DNA of 44,766 nt from Desulfobacterales bacterium (GCA_029933295.1 JAOZOL010000001.1:1-44766); one strand, 5' to 3'. Positions 1 through 11,053 are shown, numbered from the stretch's first letter. Translations and numbers: made by a program. Notes: generated by a model from the sequence alone, not told the origin.

Positions 1-66
1 CGTTAAATGCCTTGCATATGGAAGCCTCCGACTCGTGCAAAATTCAGGTAATAAAAGGAAACTATC

Positions 67-1233
67 ATGACACATGGCCATAAAACTAACACAGCATTTG
101 ACGAATATTTTAACAGCGAACACGATATGGTTCGAAAGGCAATGCGGGAGTTTATAAAAAACGAGATTACCCCGAATATCGACGAATGGGAGGAGGCCGG
201 TGAATTTCCCCGCGAAATTTATAAAAAGGCAGCAGACCTTGGTTATTTAGGAATCGGTTTTCCCGAGGATCTTGGCGGAAGCGGTGGAGATATTTTTATG
301 GGCATCGTATCAAACGAAGAGTTAATGCGAAGCACTTCCGCCGGGTTTGTCGCCAGCCTGGGGTCCTATGGCATCGCGTTGCCGCCCATTGTCATGAAAG
401 GAACACGGGAACAGCAGAATCGATTTGTTAAACCGGTGCTGGCTGGTGAAAAAATCGCAGCGCTCGGCATTACAGAGCCGAGTGGCGGATCGGATGTGGC
501 AAATATTAAAACCACAGCAGTGCGTGACGGTGATCATTATATGGTAAACGGGAGCAAAACTTTTATCACGAGCGGTGTCCGTGCTGACCAGCTAACCTGC
601 GCCGTCCGGACAGGAGGTGAAGGAGCCCACGGGATCAGCTTTCTGGTTATTGAATCCGACACTCCTGGTTATTCAGTGAGCAAAAGTTTGAAAAAAATGG
701 GCTGGTGGGCATCGGATACCGCTGAAATTTTTTTTGATAACTGCCGCGTTCCGGCGGAAAATCTCATCGGAGAGGAGAATCAGGGGTTTTATATCATTAT
801 GGAAAATTTCCAGATGGAACGGCTTCAGCTTTGCGTTATGGCCAACATGACGGCCCAACTGGCTTTGGAAGAGTCCATCAAATACGCCAGGGAACGGGAA
901 GCCTTTGGAAAGCCTCTGAAAGGATTTCAGGTAACCCGGCATAAACTGGTGGATATGGCAACGATGGTTGAGGCGAGCCGTGAATTTACATACCGGGTTG
1001 CCGCCAAGATAAACGCGGGCGTAAATCAGATTAAGGAAATATCCATGGCCAAAAACTTTGCCTGTCAGATAAGCGATCAGGTCACCTATGACGCGGTTCA
1101 GATATTTGGCGGTTACGGTTACATGCGGGGCTATATTGTCGAGCGGCTTTATCGCGATAACCGGATTCTTTCAATCGGCGGTGGGACCACCGAGATTATG
1201 AAGGAGATCATCTCCAGTATAATACTAAAATAG
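67..1233 (+). CDS. acyl-CoA dehydrogenase
   Basis: 388-aa ORF with ACAD-family motifs (GITEPSGGSDV, FITSG, C-terminal YRDNRILSIGGGTTEIM). AAGGA Shine-Dalgarno about 8 nt upstream of the ATG. Confidence 0.9.
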   Translation: MTHGHKTNTAFDEYFNSEHDMVRKAMREFIKNEITPNIDEWEEAGEFPREIYKKAADLGYLGIGFPEDLGGSGGDIFMGIVSNEELMRSTSAGFVASLGSYGIALPPIVMKGTREQQNRFVKPVLAGEKIAALGITEPSGGSDVANIKTTAVRDGDHYMVNGSKTFITSGVRADQLTCAVRTGGEGAHGISFLVIESDTPGYSVSKSLKKMGWWASDTAEIFFDNCRVPAENLIGEENQGFYIIMENFQMERLQLCVMANMTAQLALEESIKYAREREAFGKPLKGFQVTRHKLVDMATMVEASREFTYRVAAKINAGVNQIKEISMAKNFACQISDQVTYDAVQIFGGYGYMRGYIVERLYRDNRILSIGGGTTEIMKEIISSIILK

Positions 1234-1256
1234 CATACAAATTAAGGAGGAAGTCA

Positions 1257-2135
1257 ATGGATTTAACAAATAAAGTTGTTGTTACCTGTGCTATAACCGG
1301 CGTACTCACAAACCCGGAAAAATTCAATGTGCCGGTGACACCGGAAGAAATGGCAGATGCCACCCGGCAGGCCTTTGACCAGGGCGCCAGCATCGTTCAT
1401 GCCCATTTCAGATCTCAGAAGCCCGGCCTGGGCATGTGGCCCACGTGGGATTTAAAAGAAGTCGGCGATATTCTGTCAGCCATCCGGGAAAGGGTGCCGG
1501 AAATAATAATTAATATGAGTACCGGTCTGATGGGCAGCGACATTTCGGAACCGCTGGCATGCCTTGAAGCCTTTAAACCGGAAATGGCGGCCTGCAATGC
1601 CGGTTCGTTGAATTATCTCAAAATCCGCAAAGACGGTCAATGGGCATGGCCGCCCATCCTGTTTGACAATCCGGTGGAAAAGGTAAAAGGATTTGCCGAC
1701 ACCATGACGAAAAATAATATTGTTCCGGAATTTGAATGTTTTGACACCGGCATTGTACGGAGCGTGGGCATGTACAAGGCAAACGGCATGTTTGAGGGAG
1801 ATCCCCATCTGTCTTTTGTCATGGGCGTTGATTCCGGCATGCCGGCCAGGGCTGATCTTCTTCCCATATTAAAGGATGAACTGCCTGAAAATGCTCACTG
1901 GCAGGTAATCGGTACAGGAACAGGCCGTGAAAAAATATGGGATCTGCATCGGGCCTGTGTCGAACTTGGTGGAAATGTTCGGACCGGCCTTGAAGACACT
2001 TTTTATCTGCCCGGCGGGGAAAAGGCAACCAGCAACGGCCAGCTTGTTGAAGCATTGGTAAACATCGTGCGTGAAACCGGCAAAGAGCCGGCAACGCCGG
2101 CAGAAGCGCGACAGATTTTAGGGATTAATCGATAA
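1257..2135 (+). CDS. 3-keto-5-aminohexanoate cleavage enzyme family protein (BKACE/DUF849)
   Basis: 292 aa. N-terminus VVVTCAITGV...PVTPEEMA...GASIVHAHFR is typical of BKACE TIM-barrel enzymes. AGGAGG SD lies just upstream, 23 nt after the ACAD stop. Confidence 0.8.
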   Translation: MDLTNKVVVTCAITGVLTNPEKFNVPVTPEEMADATRQAFDQGASIVHAHFRSQKPGLGMWPTWDLKEVGDILSAIRERVPEIIINMSTGLMGSDISEPLACLEAFKPEMAACNAGSLNYLKIRKDGQWAWPPILFDNPVEKVKGFADTMTKNNIVPEFECFDTGIVRSVGMYKANGMFEGDPHLSFVMGVDSGMPARADLLPILKDELPENAHWQVIGTGTGREKIWDLHRACVELGGNVRTGLEDTFYLPGGEKATSNGQLVEALVNIVRETGKEPATPAEARQILGINR

Positions 2136-2178
2136 TTGAATCAAATTTATATTGCTTCCCGATCTCCCTGGAAACCGG

Positions 2179-2240
2179 GGGACGGTCACGCAAAAATGCA
2201 TAAGTATGATCACCTTTACACATTTATGCATGACCGTCCC
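2179..2240. repeat. 20-bp imperfect inverted repeat between convergent genes (possible factor-independent terminator or REP-like element)
   Basis: GGGACGGTCACGCAAAAATG (2179-2198) pairs with CATTTATGCATGACCGTCCC (2221-2240) with 2 mismatches. An alternative inner ATGCATAA/TTATGCAT pairing exists. No flanking T-run. Confidence 0.4.
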
Positions 2241-2257
2241 TATTCCCACACATGAAA

Positions 2258-2857
2258 TTATCTAATTCGATACAAAGGCTTATTAGTTTCTTTATCGATT
2301 TCCGTAAAGTTTTTATGGTACTCGGTGACTTCAAACAGCCCCATAAAACGATTACAAAGGGGATATCCTGCCTCGAGCCATCCTACGATACCGTCCTTAT
2401 ACCACCATATATTGGTGTAACCATATTGTGCGAGCCGCTCGCCTACGTAAGCCCCGCGTTTGTGTGTCCTGCACCACAACACGATTTTAGCGTCTTTATT
2501 TTTAATTTTTTTGGGAACCGTATACATCTGACCGGCATGAATATTGTCCGTACCGGCAATGTGACCGGCATAAAATTCAGGATGAGTCCGAAGATCAACC
2601 AAATAGGCATCTTCCTGTCCGGCCATAACCTTGTCGTAAAGCTCTTTGAATTGCTGAACATTTAGCTGACGTTCCACAGGAAAAACTTTGGCTGCCGTTT
2701 CCCAGGCCTTTTTCTCATTGGCTTTAAGCATTGCTGAATCATCAGAAACAGCTGAAACAGCTGAATTTTCAGAAGCAACAAGACGGTTACCAACAGCACA
2801 ACCAGCCGCAGCTACAATAAAAACAACAACAAACGCAAAAATAAACAATTTTTTCAT
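2258..2857 (-). CDS. rhodanese-domain sulfurtransferase, predicted lipoprotein
   Basis: 199 aa. Signal peptide with lipobox (VAAAGC). Rhodanese fold motifs LVDLRTHPEFYAGHIAG and the active-site loop CRTHKRG. Confidence 0.8.
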   Translation of the reverse strand: MKKLFIFAFVVVFIVAAAGCAVGNRLVASENSAVSAVSDDSAMLKANEKKAWETAAKVFPVERQLNVQQFKELYDKVMAGQEDAYLVDLRTHPEFYAGHIAGTDNIHAGQMYTVPKKIKNKDAKIVLWCRTHKRGAYVGERLAQYGYTNIWWYKDGIVGWLEAGYPLCNRFMGLFEVTEYHKNFTEIDKETNKPLYRIR

Positions 2858-2871
2858 GCTTTTAACTCCTG

Positions 2872-3402
2872 TTATAGATTTTTAATTACAGAACTTACAA
2901 TCTCTCCTGTGCCAACATCTTCAACCCAAACACTGCAGTACCAGATATTGAAGAGCCAACTTTTGCGATCACCTACTTTATATTTAATGACATATTTTCT
3001 GCCGGCAACAACAAAAACTTTTAAGAAAAACTTACTCCCCTCACCAAATAAAGTAAAATCGACCACTATCTCGTGACTGCCTGGCATTACTGCAACATTA
3101 TAATATTCAGATCCTAAGTCATTTTGAGGCCTAACATTAATTTCCGTATCATCAATCTTGAGTATGTAAATGTCTTCGGAAGGTTCAATAATGCCTGGAT
3201 TGTTATTAGATAAAAAAAGAGTCTGTGAAGCGCGTGTACAACCGATTGAGATGACAATAAAAAAGATTAATCCATAAAATTTATAATTATTTATACACAA
3301 AAAATATCGCTCTATAATCATAGCTTTAATTTTGAATAGATTTGAACGTGAATATTCTTTGTTGTTGATCAAAGGATGATCAAAATGAAAAGGCCCGCCC
3401 AT
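2872..3402 (-). CDS. hypothetical lipoprotein
   Basis: ORF of 176 aa. AAGGTGG lies 9 nt upstream of the 3402 ATG. An internal Met at 3321 gives a classical lipoprotein signal (…FFIVISIGC). No family recognised. Lies 14 nt upstream of the rhodanese gene, so probably in the same operon. Confidence 0.5.
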   Translation of the reverse strand: MGGPFHFDHPLINNKEYSRSNLFKIKAMIIERYFLCINNYKFYGLIFFIVISIGCTRASQTLFLSNNNPGIIEPSEDIYILKIDDTEINVRPQNDLGSEYYNVAVMPGSHEIVVDFTLFGEGSKFFLKVFVVAGRKYVIKYKVGDRKSWLFNIWYCSVWVEDVGTGEIVSSVIKNL

Positions 3403-3644
3403 ACATTAACGCCACCTTACAGATGGCGATATTGCGTTCCTGATAGATAAATTCATAAAAAAATAAAACTTGCTTTTAGTGATTGAATGTATCTCACGAA
3501 TCTGCTTGTATGTCAAGTTTTAACAGGCATGTTATGTTGTGGATGGAGTAATGGTGGTTCTCGGTAAATCAGCCGGTTGTGACAAAAAAAATGCGGTTAT
3601 CCTGAGACATCCATCTTGACAGCTTGAAAATAAAAAGCTTTTCA

Positions 3645-3715
3645 TGGTAATGAATTACCACTGTATGAGAAAAATAACTTATCAATCATTCCAAATGATT
3701 ATAAATAAGTTATTT
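3645..3715. promoter_or_regulatory. two palindromes upstream of the ABC exporter operon (candidate operators)
   Basis: TGGTAAT-GA-ATTACCA (3645-3660). AAATAACTTAT (3672-3682) pairs with ATAAGTTATTT (3705-3715) and encloses a nested AATCATT/AATGATT pair. Confidence 0.25.
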
Positions 3716-3823
3716 GAAAGTAAAAAATGCCTATACAACCAAAGATGATGAGTATGATTACGAAGTTGCATACAAACTCAAAAATTTTAAATATACCTTG
3801 CAAACATAAATATAACCCATTTC

Positions 3824-5572
3824 ATGAATTCATTTAAACTTATTTCCCCCTATTTCTATCAGCGGCGACACCTGATAGCAACCGGCATTGCCTGCCTGAT
3901 GGTGGTGGATACGCTCCAGCTGTGCATCCCCCGTGTTATCAAGTGGGCGGTTGATGACCTGACATCCCTGCAGATTGATACCAGGCAACTGGCCATATAT
4001 GCCGCAGAAATCCTGTGCATCGCTCTGCTCATGGCCGCGCTCCGCTTTGTATGGCGCAGGTTTTTGATCGGCACGGCACGGGTGGTGGAAAAAAAACTTC
4101 GCGACAAATTGTTTGCACATATCCAGACCCTTTCGGCCGGCTTTTTCGACCGGACCAAAACCGGCGACTTAATGGCCCATGCCACCAATGATATCGCCAA
4201 CATCCGCATGGCTGTGGGCATGGGAATGGTTGCCATGACCGATGCCATTTTCCTTGGCAGCGCCGCCATCTGCTTTATGGCATATATTAACGTAAAGCTG
4301 ACCCTGTTTGCAATAATTCCTATGCCTGTAATTGTCTTTGTTACCCGGAGTTTTGGAAAAAAAATGCATAAAAGATACACAAGGGTTCAGGCGACATTTT
4401 CTGATTTAACCGAATCGGTTCGAGAAAGCTTTGCCGGAATTCGTGTGGTCAAGGCTTTTAACCGCCAAACCGATGCTGCTGATCGGGTGGCAGCCGACTC
4501 TAAAAAATATATCCGGGAAAATCTCAACCTGGTTAAAATTACCGGCACGTTTTTCCCTATGATGATCCTTTTTACAAACATCAGCCTGGCCATTGTATTG
4601 TTCTTAGGAGGACACCAGACCATTACCGGCGTGATCACAACCGGTGATTTTGTCGCCTTTATCAGTTACCTGAATCTGCTGACCTGGCCCATGATGGCTA
4701 TGGGCTGGGTGACCAATCTGATCCAGCGGGGGGCGGCGTCCATTGACCGCTTAAACAGAATATTGCAAACACAGCCGGAAATTATCGAACGCCCGGACGC
4801 GGTGTCTCAAACCGAATTCTCGGGAAAAATTTCATTTCAAAATATTTGCTTTGCATACCCCTCCGACAGCCGGCCGGTATTACATAATATTGATTTTACA
4901 GTATGTCCCGGATCTGTCCTGGGAATAGTCGGCCCCCAGGGCAGCGGAAAAACAAGTATATTACGATTGATCCCGAGAATTTATGAAATCAGTTCCGGCA
5001 AAATCACCATTGATGATATCAACATTCAACAGCTTAAACTTACGGATTTAAGAAAAAATATCGGGTTTGTGCCCCAGGAGCCGTTTTTGTTTTCCGGCAC
5101 CATCCGCGACAACATTACCTTTGGAGAAAACATTGACGATAAAAAAATATTTGAATCCACAAAAGCCGCCTCGCTTTATAAAACCATCTGCGCGTTTCCA
5201 GACGGCCTTGACACCATTGTGGGTGAAAAGGGGGTCGTGCTTTCCGGCGGACAAAAACAGCGCATCGTCCTGGCCCGGGCCCTGATCTGTAACCCGCCGA
5301 TCCTGCTGATGGATGATCCCATCGGCCAGGTGGATACCCAGACCGCTGCCGCCATTATCGACACGATCCGGTCTCTGTCTTCGACAAAGACAATAATTAT
5401 CGTATCCCACCGGCTTGCTGCGGTCAGGTTCGCCGACCACATCATTGTATTGAACAACGGACGGATTGCCGAATCCGGAACCCATGAGACGCTCATCGCT
5501 CGAAATAATTATTACTCAAATTCATATAAGATTCAAAGCGCTGAAGAATTGGAAGAACAACCTGAAAAATGA
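3824..5572 (+). CDS. ABC exporter, fused permease/ATPase subunit (degenerate-site half)
   Basis: 582 aa with 6 predicted TM segments followed by an NBD. Walker A GPQGSGKTS, signature LSGGQKQR, H-loop SHR. Walker B reads LLMDDP, so Asp replaces the catalytic Glu. Confidence 0.9.
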   Translation: MNSFKLISPYFYQRRHLIATGIACLMVVDTLQLCIPRVIKWAVDDLTSLQIDTRQLAIYAAEILCIALLMAALRFVWRRFLIGTARVVEKKLRDKLFAHIQTLSAGFFDRTKTGDLMAHATNDIANIRMAVGMGMVAMTDAIFLGSAAICFMAYINVKLTLFAIIPMPVIVFVTRSFGKKMHKRYTRVQATFSDLTESVRESFAGIRVVKAFNRQTDAADRVAADSKKYIRENLNLVKITGTFFPMMILFTNISLAIVLFLGGHQTITGVITTGDFVAFISYLNLLTWPMMAMGWVTNLIQRGAASIDRLNRILQTQPEIIERPDAVSQTEFSGKISFQNICFAYPSDSRPVLHNIDFTVCPGSVLGIVGPQGSGKTSILRLIPRIYEISSGKITIDDINIQQLKLTDLRKNIGFVPQEPFLFSGTIRDNITFGENIDDKKIFESTKAASLYKTICAFPDGLDTIVGEKGVVLSGGQKQRIVLARALICNPPILLMDDPIGQVDTQTAAAIIDTIRSLSSTKTIIIVSHRLAAVRFADHIIVLNNGRIAESGTHETLIARNNYYSNSYKIQSAEELEEQPEK

Positions 5573-7584
5573 CGACTTCGGCCAAAAACATATTTGAAGA
5601 GAAAAAACTCGGCAAAGCCCAGGATTTAAGGCTTTTAAAAAAGCTGTATCCGTTTATTAAACCATACCGGGTTTTATTTGCAGCCACCCTGGTGCTGATC
5701 ATTCTGATTACCGGGCTGGAATTAACCATACCGTATATCACCAAAATCGCCATTGACCGGTATATCGTGCCGGAAAATATCAGTCCGATCGTAGCCCCGG
5801 ATATCAGCCCAGATATCAGCCCAGAGATAAAACCGGATACACACCGGCCATATCACACCAGGCACCTTGAAGTTGACGGCTCAAATCAGAAAACAGCAAA
5901 AATTATCAATGCTCATCCAGCACTTTTTCAGACCGATGGCACATCGGCATACATTGCCTATGAAGACTTGCCCGAACTTAATTCTAAAACAATTTTTCAG
6001 TTGCGCAAAAAAGATATCACGGGCGTCTCCCTTGCGGCGGCCGTCCTTTTGATCATTGTAATCATAAGCTTTGGCTTGAATTTTGGCAAGGTCATACTCA
6101 TGGAGTATGCCGGACAAATGATGATGCACGATCTGCGGATAAAACTGTTCTCCCATATCCAGCAATTGTCTGTCCATTTTTTTACTAAAAATCCGGTGGG
6201 GCGGCTTGTCACCCGTGTTACCAATGATACCCAGAACATGCATGAAATGTTCACATCTGTTCTGGTATTTGTAGTCAAGGATTTGTTTATGCTGGCAGGA
6301 ATTACGGTGGTTCTTTTTTCCATCGACTGGCAGCTGTCGGTTGCGGTCTATACGGTGTTTCCGCTTGTTTTTTATGCATCCTATAAATTCTCAAAAGCCG
6401 CACGGGGAGCATTTCGAACACTTCGCATCAAAATGGCTGAAATCAACTCCAAATTTTCTGAAACCATCGGCGGCATGCAGGTAATTCAGCTTTTTGGCCG
6501 GGAACAATCCAACTTAAACCAATTTAAACGCATCAACAAAGAACATTATAACGCCAACATGCAGCAGGTAACGATCTTTGCCTTATTTATGCCGATAATA
6601 GAAATGATGAGCTCTGTTGCCCTGGCGGTTGTTATTTTCCACGGCGGTGAAAGCCTGATCGCCCATAGGATTACACTTGGAACCCTTGTGGTATTCATCT
6701 CATATATCAAAATGTTTTTCAGGCCCATTCGAGATATTGCCGAAAAATATAATATCACTTTAAACGCTTTATCATCGGCAGAAAGATTGTTTCTGATTTT
6801 TGAAGACACGGACAGGCTCCCGGAAGCGGATGCGGCACACCGGGCGCTGATCCCGGCAAAAATGGATTCAATCCTTTTTGATAATGTTTCTTTTTCATAT
6901 GTGGCCGGAGAAAAGGTCCTAAAAAATATCTCGTTTGAGGTTCATGCGGGTGAAACAGTGGCCATTGTCGGGCCCACCGGTGCGGGTAAAACATCCATCG
7001 TCAATCTGATGATCCGGTTTTATGATCCGGATTCCGGCAATATACAAATCAATAAAACAGATATCCGACAGTTTGTAACCGCTGACATCCGATCAAAAAC
7101 AGCCATTGTCATGCAGGACCCGTATCTGTTTTCAGGCAGCATTAAAGACAATATTTTCACTAAACATCATCAAACAACAAAAAAAGAGATCAATGCCGTC
7201 CTGGACGCATCCTGCTGCCGATCCCTGATCGAAAAACTTCCCCGAGGCATCGACTCAGAACTTTCAGAAAGCGGAGCGACCCTGTCAAGCGGTGAACGGC
7301 AGCTTATATCCATTGCAAGGGCTCTGGCCCATAATCCTGATTTAATTATTTTCGATGAAGCCACCTCATATATTGATTCGGAGACGGAAGACAAAATTCA
7401 AAACGCGCTGGCCAACCTCATGAAAAACAGAACATCCGTGATCATCGCCCATCGCCTCAGCACCTCCCGTATAGCGGACAGAATCATGGTGCTGCGCTCC
7501 GGCCGGATTATAGAAACCGGCACTCACAGGGAATTGATTGATCAAAAAGGCTTTTATTATCGCTTGAACCAGCTTCAGGGGTGA
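5569..7584 (+). CDS. ABC exporter, fused permease/ATPase subunit (consensus-site half)
   Basis: 671 aa with ATGA overlap onto the upstream gene. Walker A GPTGAGKTS, Walker B IIFDEAT with canonical Glu, deviant signature LSSGERQ. About 90 aa of extra loop after TM1 containing the PDISPDISPEIKPD repeat. Confidence 0.9.
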   Translation: MTTSAKNIFEEKKLGKAQDLRLLKKLYPFIKPYRVLFAATLVLIILITGLELTIPYITKIAIDRYIVPENISPIVAPDISPDISPEIKPDTHRPYHTRHLEVDGSNQKTAKIINAHPALFQTDGTSAYIAYEDLPELNSKTIFQLRKKDITGVSLAAAVLLIIVIISFGLNFGKVILMEYAGQMMMHDLRIKLFSHIQQLSVHFFTKNPVGRLVTRVTNDTQNMHEMFTSVLVFVVKDLFMLAGITVVLFSIDWQLSVAVYTVFPLVFYASYKFSKAARGAFRTLRIKMAEINSKFSETIGGMQVIQLFGREQSNLNQFKRINKEHYNANMQQVTIFALFMPIIEMMSSVALAVVIFHGGESLIAHRITLGTLVVFISYIKMFFRPIRDIAEKYNITLNALSSAERLFLIFEDTDRLPEADAAHRALIPAKMDSILFDNVSFSYVAGEKVLKNISFEVHAGETVAIVGPTGAGKTSIVNLMIRFYDPDSGNIQINKTDIRQFVTADIRSKTAIVMQDPYLFSGSIKDNIFTKHHQTTKKEINAVLDASCCRSLIEKLPRGIDSELSESGATLSSGERQLISIARALAHNPDLIIFDEATSYIDSETEDKIQNALANLMKNRTSVIIAHRLSTSRIADRIMVLRSGRIIETGTHRELIDQKGFYYRLNQLQG

Positions 7585-7728
7585 TGTTTTTGTAAAAATC
7601 ATATAAATTGCTCTTGTCAAAATCATTTTTACATGATAATGAATTGAACTTTATAAATATAATTGTCTAACCACCCAATAATATTCATACTTGATACTTT
7701 CAACTTAAACAAAAGGAGATAAGAAAAA

Positions 7729-9492
7729 ATGGCTTACGATGCAGTTAATATGGCAGACTGGCAAATTTCCGAAGCAGCTGAACCAAACATGCCGACACCC
7801 GATGCATGGCGAGATAAACTGGGCCTGGAAAAGGACGAAATCCTGCCCATGGGCAGACTGGCAAAACTTGACTTTCTCAAAATCATCAACCGTCTTTCCG
7901 ACAAACCGGACGGCAAATACATTGAGGTCACAGCAATTACCCCGACGCCGCTGGGAGAAGGAAAAAGCACCACCTCCTGCGGTCTTATGGAAGGCCTGGG
8001 CAAACGTGGCGTGAATGTTGGCGGCGCTCTTCGTCAACCCTCCGGCGGCCCCACGATGAACGTCAAAGGAACGGCGGCCGGCGGCGGAAACTCTCTGCTG
8101 ATCCCCATGACCGAGTTCTCTTTAGGTCTGACCGGGGACATCAATGATATAATGAACGCCCACAACCTGGCCATGGTGGCCATGACTTCCCGTATGCAGC
8201 ATGAAAGAAACTATAATGACGAGCAGCTTGACAGGCTCACCGGCATGCGTCGGTTAAACATCGACCCCACCCGCGTGGAACTGGGATGGATCATGGACTT
8301 CTGTGCTCAATCGCTGCGTAATATCGTTATCGGCATGGGCGGTCGCTTTGACGGGTTTACCATGCAGTCCAAGTTTGGGATTGCCGTTGGATCCGAATGC
8401 ATGGCGATTCTGGCCGTAATCCGGGATCTGGCGGATCTGAAAGAACGCTTAAACAACATTACCGTGGCTTTTGATAAAAGCGGAAAACCGGTAACCACCG
8501 GTGATCTGGAAGTCGGCAATGCCATGACGGCATTCATGCGTAACACCATCAACCCCACCATGATGTGTACCGCCGAATATAACCCCTGCATGGTCCATGC
8601 CGGTCCGTTTGCCAATATCGCAGTGGGCCAGTCATCCATTATTGCTGACCGTGTGGGCCTGAAACTGTTCGACTATCACGTCACCGAATCCGGATTTGCC
8701 GCGGACATCGGTTTTGAAAAATTCTGGAACGTAAAATGCCGGTTCTCCGGTTTAAAACCCCATGTTTCCGTTCTGACAACGACCATCCGCGCTTTGAAAA
8801 TGCACGGCGGCGGACCCAAGGTCGTAGCCGGTATCGCCCTGCCTGAAGAATACACCAAGGAAAACCTGGAACTGGTGGAAAAAGGCGTTGAAAATATGGT
8901 TCACATGATCAACGTTATCCGAAAATCCGGCATCAACCCGGTTGTCTGTATCAACCGCTTTTACACGGATACGGATGCGGAATGCGCCGTTGTCAGGAAA
9001 GCGGCCGAAGCTGCCGGCGCCCGTTGCGCTGAGTCCAAACACTGGGAACTGGGCGGCGAAGGTGCCCTGGAATTTGCCGATGCCGTTATCGACGCCTGCA
9101 ACGAAGAAAACGATTTCAAATTCCTCTATCCCCTGGAAATGAAACTGCGCGATCGTGTTGATACTATCGCCAAGGAAGTTTATGGTGCAGACGGTGTAGA
9201 CTGGTCTCCTGAGGCCGAAACAAAAGCCAAAATGCTTGAAAATGATCCCCAGTACGCAGATTTTGCCACCATGATGGTTAAAACCCATTTAAGCCTGACC
9301 CATGATCCGGTTCTAAAGGGCGTTCCCAAGGGCTGGCGTCTGCCTATCCGCGACGTTCTGATCTATTCCGGAGCCAAGTTCCTCTGCCCCTGCGCGGGTG
9401 CCATCAGCCTGATGCCTGGAACAGGTTCCAATCCGGCATTCAGAAGAATTGATGTTGACACTGAAACCGGAAAGGTATCCGGTCTGTTCTAG
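7729..9492 (+). CDS. fhs: formate--tetrahydrofolate ligase
   Basis: 587 aa with diagnostic FTHFS motifs ([35 protein letters not shown]). GGAG SD upstream. Confidence 0.97.
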   Translation: MAYDAVNMADWQISEAAEPNMPTPDAWRDKLGLEKDEILPMGRLAKLDFLKIINRLSDKPDGKYIEVTAITPTPLGEGKSTTSCGLMEGLGKRGVNVGGALRQPSGGPTMNVKGTAAGGGNSLLIPMTEFSLGLTGDINDIMNAHNLAMVAMTSRMQHERNYNDEQLDRLTGMRRLNIDPTRVELGWIMDFCAQSLRNIVIGMGGRFDGFTMQSKFGIAVGSECMAILAVIRDLADLKERLNNITVAFDKSGKPVTTGDLEVGNAMTAFMRNTINPTMMCTAEYNPCMVHAGPFANIAVGQSSIIADRVGLKLFDYHVTESGFAADIGFEKFWNVKCRFSGLKPHVSVLTTTIRALKMHGGGPKVVAGIALPEEYTKENLELVEKGVENMVHMINVIRKSGINPVVCINRFYTDTDAECAVVRKAAEAAGARCAESKHWELGGEGALEFADAVIDACNEENDFKFLYPLEMKLRDRVDTIAKEVYGADGVDWSPEAETKAKMLENDPQYADFATMMVKTHLSLTHDPVLKGVPKGWRLPIRDVLIYSGAKFLCPCAGAISLMPGTGSNPAFRRIDVDTETGKVSGLF

Positions 9493-9527
9493 AATTCCAA
9501 TACGAAATTTTAGTCAACCGATGATAA

Positions 9528-9567
9528 TAAAAAAGCCCGGCGGGGATTTCCCTGCCGGGCTTTTTTA
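9528..9567. terminator. bidirectional rho-independent terminator
   Basis: AAAAAAA-GCCCGGCGGGGA-TTT-CCCTGCCGGGC-TTTTTT. A GC-rich stem flanked by an A-run and a T-run, sitting between convergent fhs and the sigma-54 regulator. Confidence 0.8.
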
Positions 9568-9610
9568 TGAAAGAACAAACAATCTGCGTCAGTTCAGAGT
9601 TGATGAGACG

Positions 9611-11014
9611 CTACGGCCGTTTCATCGGAATATTCCACTTATTCATATATTTCCAAATTGACGCCCTGCTGAACCCGACCCGGCGGGCGACCTCGGCCTT
9701 ATTCCAGTTGCTGGCTTCAAGGGTTTCAAGCAAAAACGACCTGGTCAGTTTTTTTCGCAAAACCCCGGCCCGTTCATCATCTGGCTGTAATTTTAAAAAA
9801 TTCATCCGGTATTCCATACGCCGGATTTCAACCGGAAGATCAAAAATATCGATGTGATCTTTCTCGCACAACACAAACGCATGCTCAATGGCATTTTCAA
9901 GCTCACGCACATTGCCCGGCCAGTTGTAATCCAGCAGAATCCGCATTGCCGCCTGGGTTACACCTGCAATACACTTTCCGGTTTTATGGTTCTGAGACTT
10001 AATAAAATGACTGACCAGAATGGGAATATCCTTTTTCCGTTTCCGTAACGGCGGGATATTTATGGGAAACACTTTAAGGCGATAATACAGATCTTCCCGG
10101 AATTGCCCGCTTTCAACAAGGCTGTACAAATCCCTGTTTGTGGCCGTAATGATCCGGATATCGATTTTGCGTTTTTTTGATTCCCCCACCCGCTCCAATT
10201 CACGCTCCTGGAGAACCCGAAGAAGCTTCACTTGAATAAACGGACTCAAATCTCCAATTTCATCTAAAAACAGAGTGCCGCCTTCCGCATCTTCAAACCG
10301 GCCTGTCCGGTCGCGAACCGCACCGGTAAACGCGCCTTTCACATGGCCGAAGAGTTCACTTTCTAAAAGTGATTCGGAAAGGGCACTGCAATTGACCGTT
10401 AAAAAAGGCATATCAGAGCGGCTGCTGTTGTAGTGAACAGCGCCTGCGACCAGTTCTTTGCCGGAGCCGCTCTCACCCTGGATTAAAATGGTGGCATCGC
10501 TTGAAGCCGCCGATTCGATAGTGGAAAAAACACGCTGCATGGCGCTGCTTTTACCGATAATATTGTCAAACCGATAAATTTCGCCCATTTTCCGGTTGGC
10601 TTCTTCGACTTCCCGCCGGGCTTTGTGCAACTCCGTCAAATTGGTCACTGTTTCCACAACGCCTCTGACGTTGCCATTTTTGTCTCTAAGAATCCTCGCA
10701 CTTTTAATAACCGGCACATCATTACCATTTTTATGTTTGAGAAAGCATTCCTTACCGTCAATGCGTCCTTGTTTGTAGATTCCGCACTCACTGATCCCGG
10801 CAGGACAGGCTTTGCTGAAGCAGCGGTTAAAATTAAGCAATGTACAGGATTTTCCCATAGCCTCTTTTACGCTGTAACCTGAGATTCGTTCCATCGCCGG
10901 ATTCCAGGATGTGATTTTTCCATTGCCGTCAAGGGTGAATACACCATCTGCCATTGATTCAAGAAGCAGGCGTTCAAATTCAGGGTCCAGAATATCAGGG
11001 AGATTTTTGTTCAT
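9611..11014 (-). CDS. sigma-54-dependent transcriptional activator, PAS-AAA+-HTH (no receiver domain)
   Basis: 467 aa. Cys-rich N-terminal PAS domain, AAA+ core ([32 protein letters not shown]), C-terminal Fis-type HTH. Confidence 0.9.
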   Translation of the reverse strand: MNKNLPDILDPEFERLLLESMADGVFTLDGNGKITSWNPAMERISGYSVKEAMGKSCTLLNFNRCFSKACPAGISECGIYKQGRIDGKECFLKHKNGNDVPVIKSARILRDKNGNVRGVVETVTNLTELHKARREVEEANRKMGEIYRFDNIIGKSSAMQRVFSTIESAASSDATILIQGESGSGKELVAGAVHYNSSRSDMPFLTVNCSALSESLLESELFGHVKGAFTGAVRDRTGRFEDAEGGTLFLDEIGDLSPFIQVKLLRVLQERELERVGESKKRKIDIRIITATNRDLYSLVESGQFREDLYYRLKVFPINIPPLRKRKKDIPILVSHFIKSQNHKTGKCIAGVTQAAMRILLDYNWPGNVRELENAIEHAFVLCEKDHIDIFDLPVEIRRMEYRMNFLKLQPDDERAGVLRKKLTRSFLLETLEASNWNKAEVARRVGFSRASIWKYMNKWNIPMKRP

Positions 11015-11053
11015 TATATTTCCTTATATATCCTTTTTTAAAAATGCTACCAT

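Noticed and set aside
1-70. Possible 3' end of an upstream gene overlapping the ACAD start (frame 2 is open to a TGA at 68-70)
   Set aside because: Only 23 codons are visible, another frame is also open, and there is no recognisable motif. This cannot be supported.
5797-5830. Tandem 12-bp repeat GATATCAGCCCA x2 (plus degenerate flanks)
   Set aside because: It is in frame within the ABC subunit loop (PDISPDISPEIKPD). This is a simple coding microsatellite-like repeat, not a separate element. The (GGTTCW)n EP-repeat at 44703-44732 is treated the same way.
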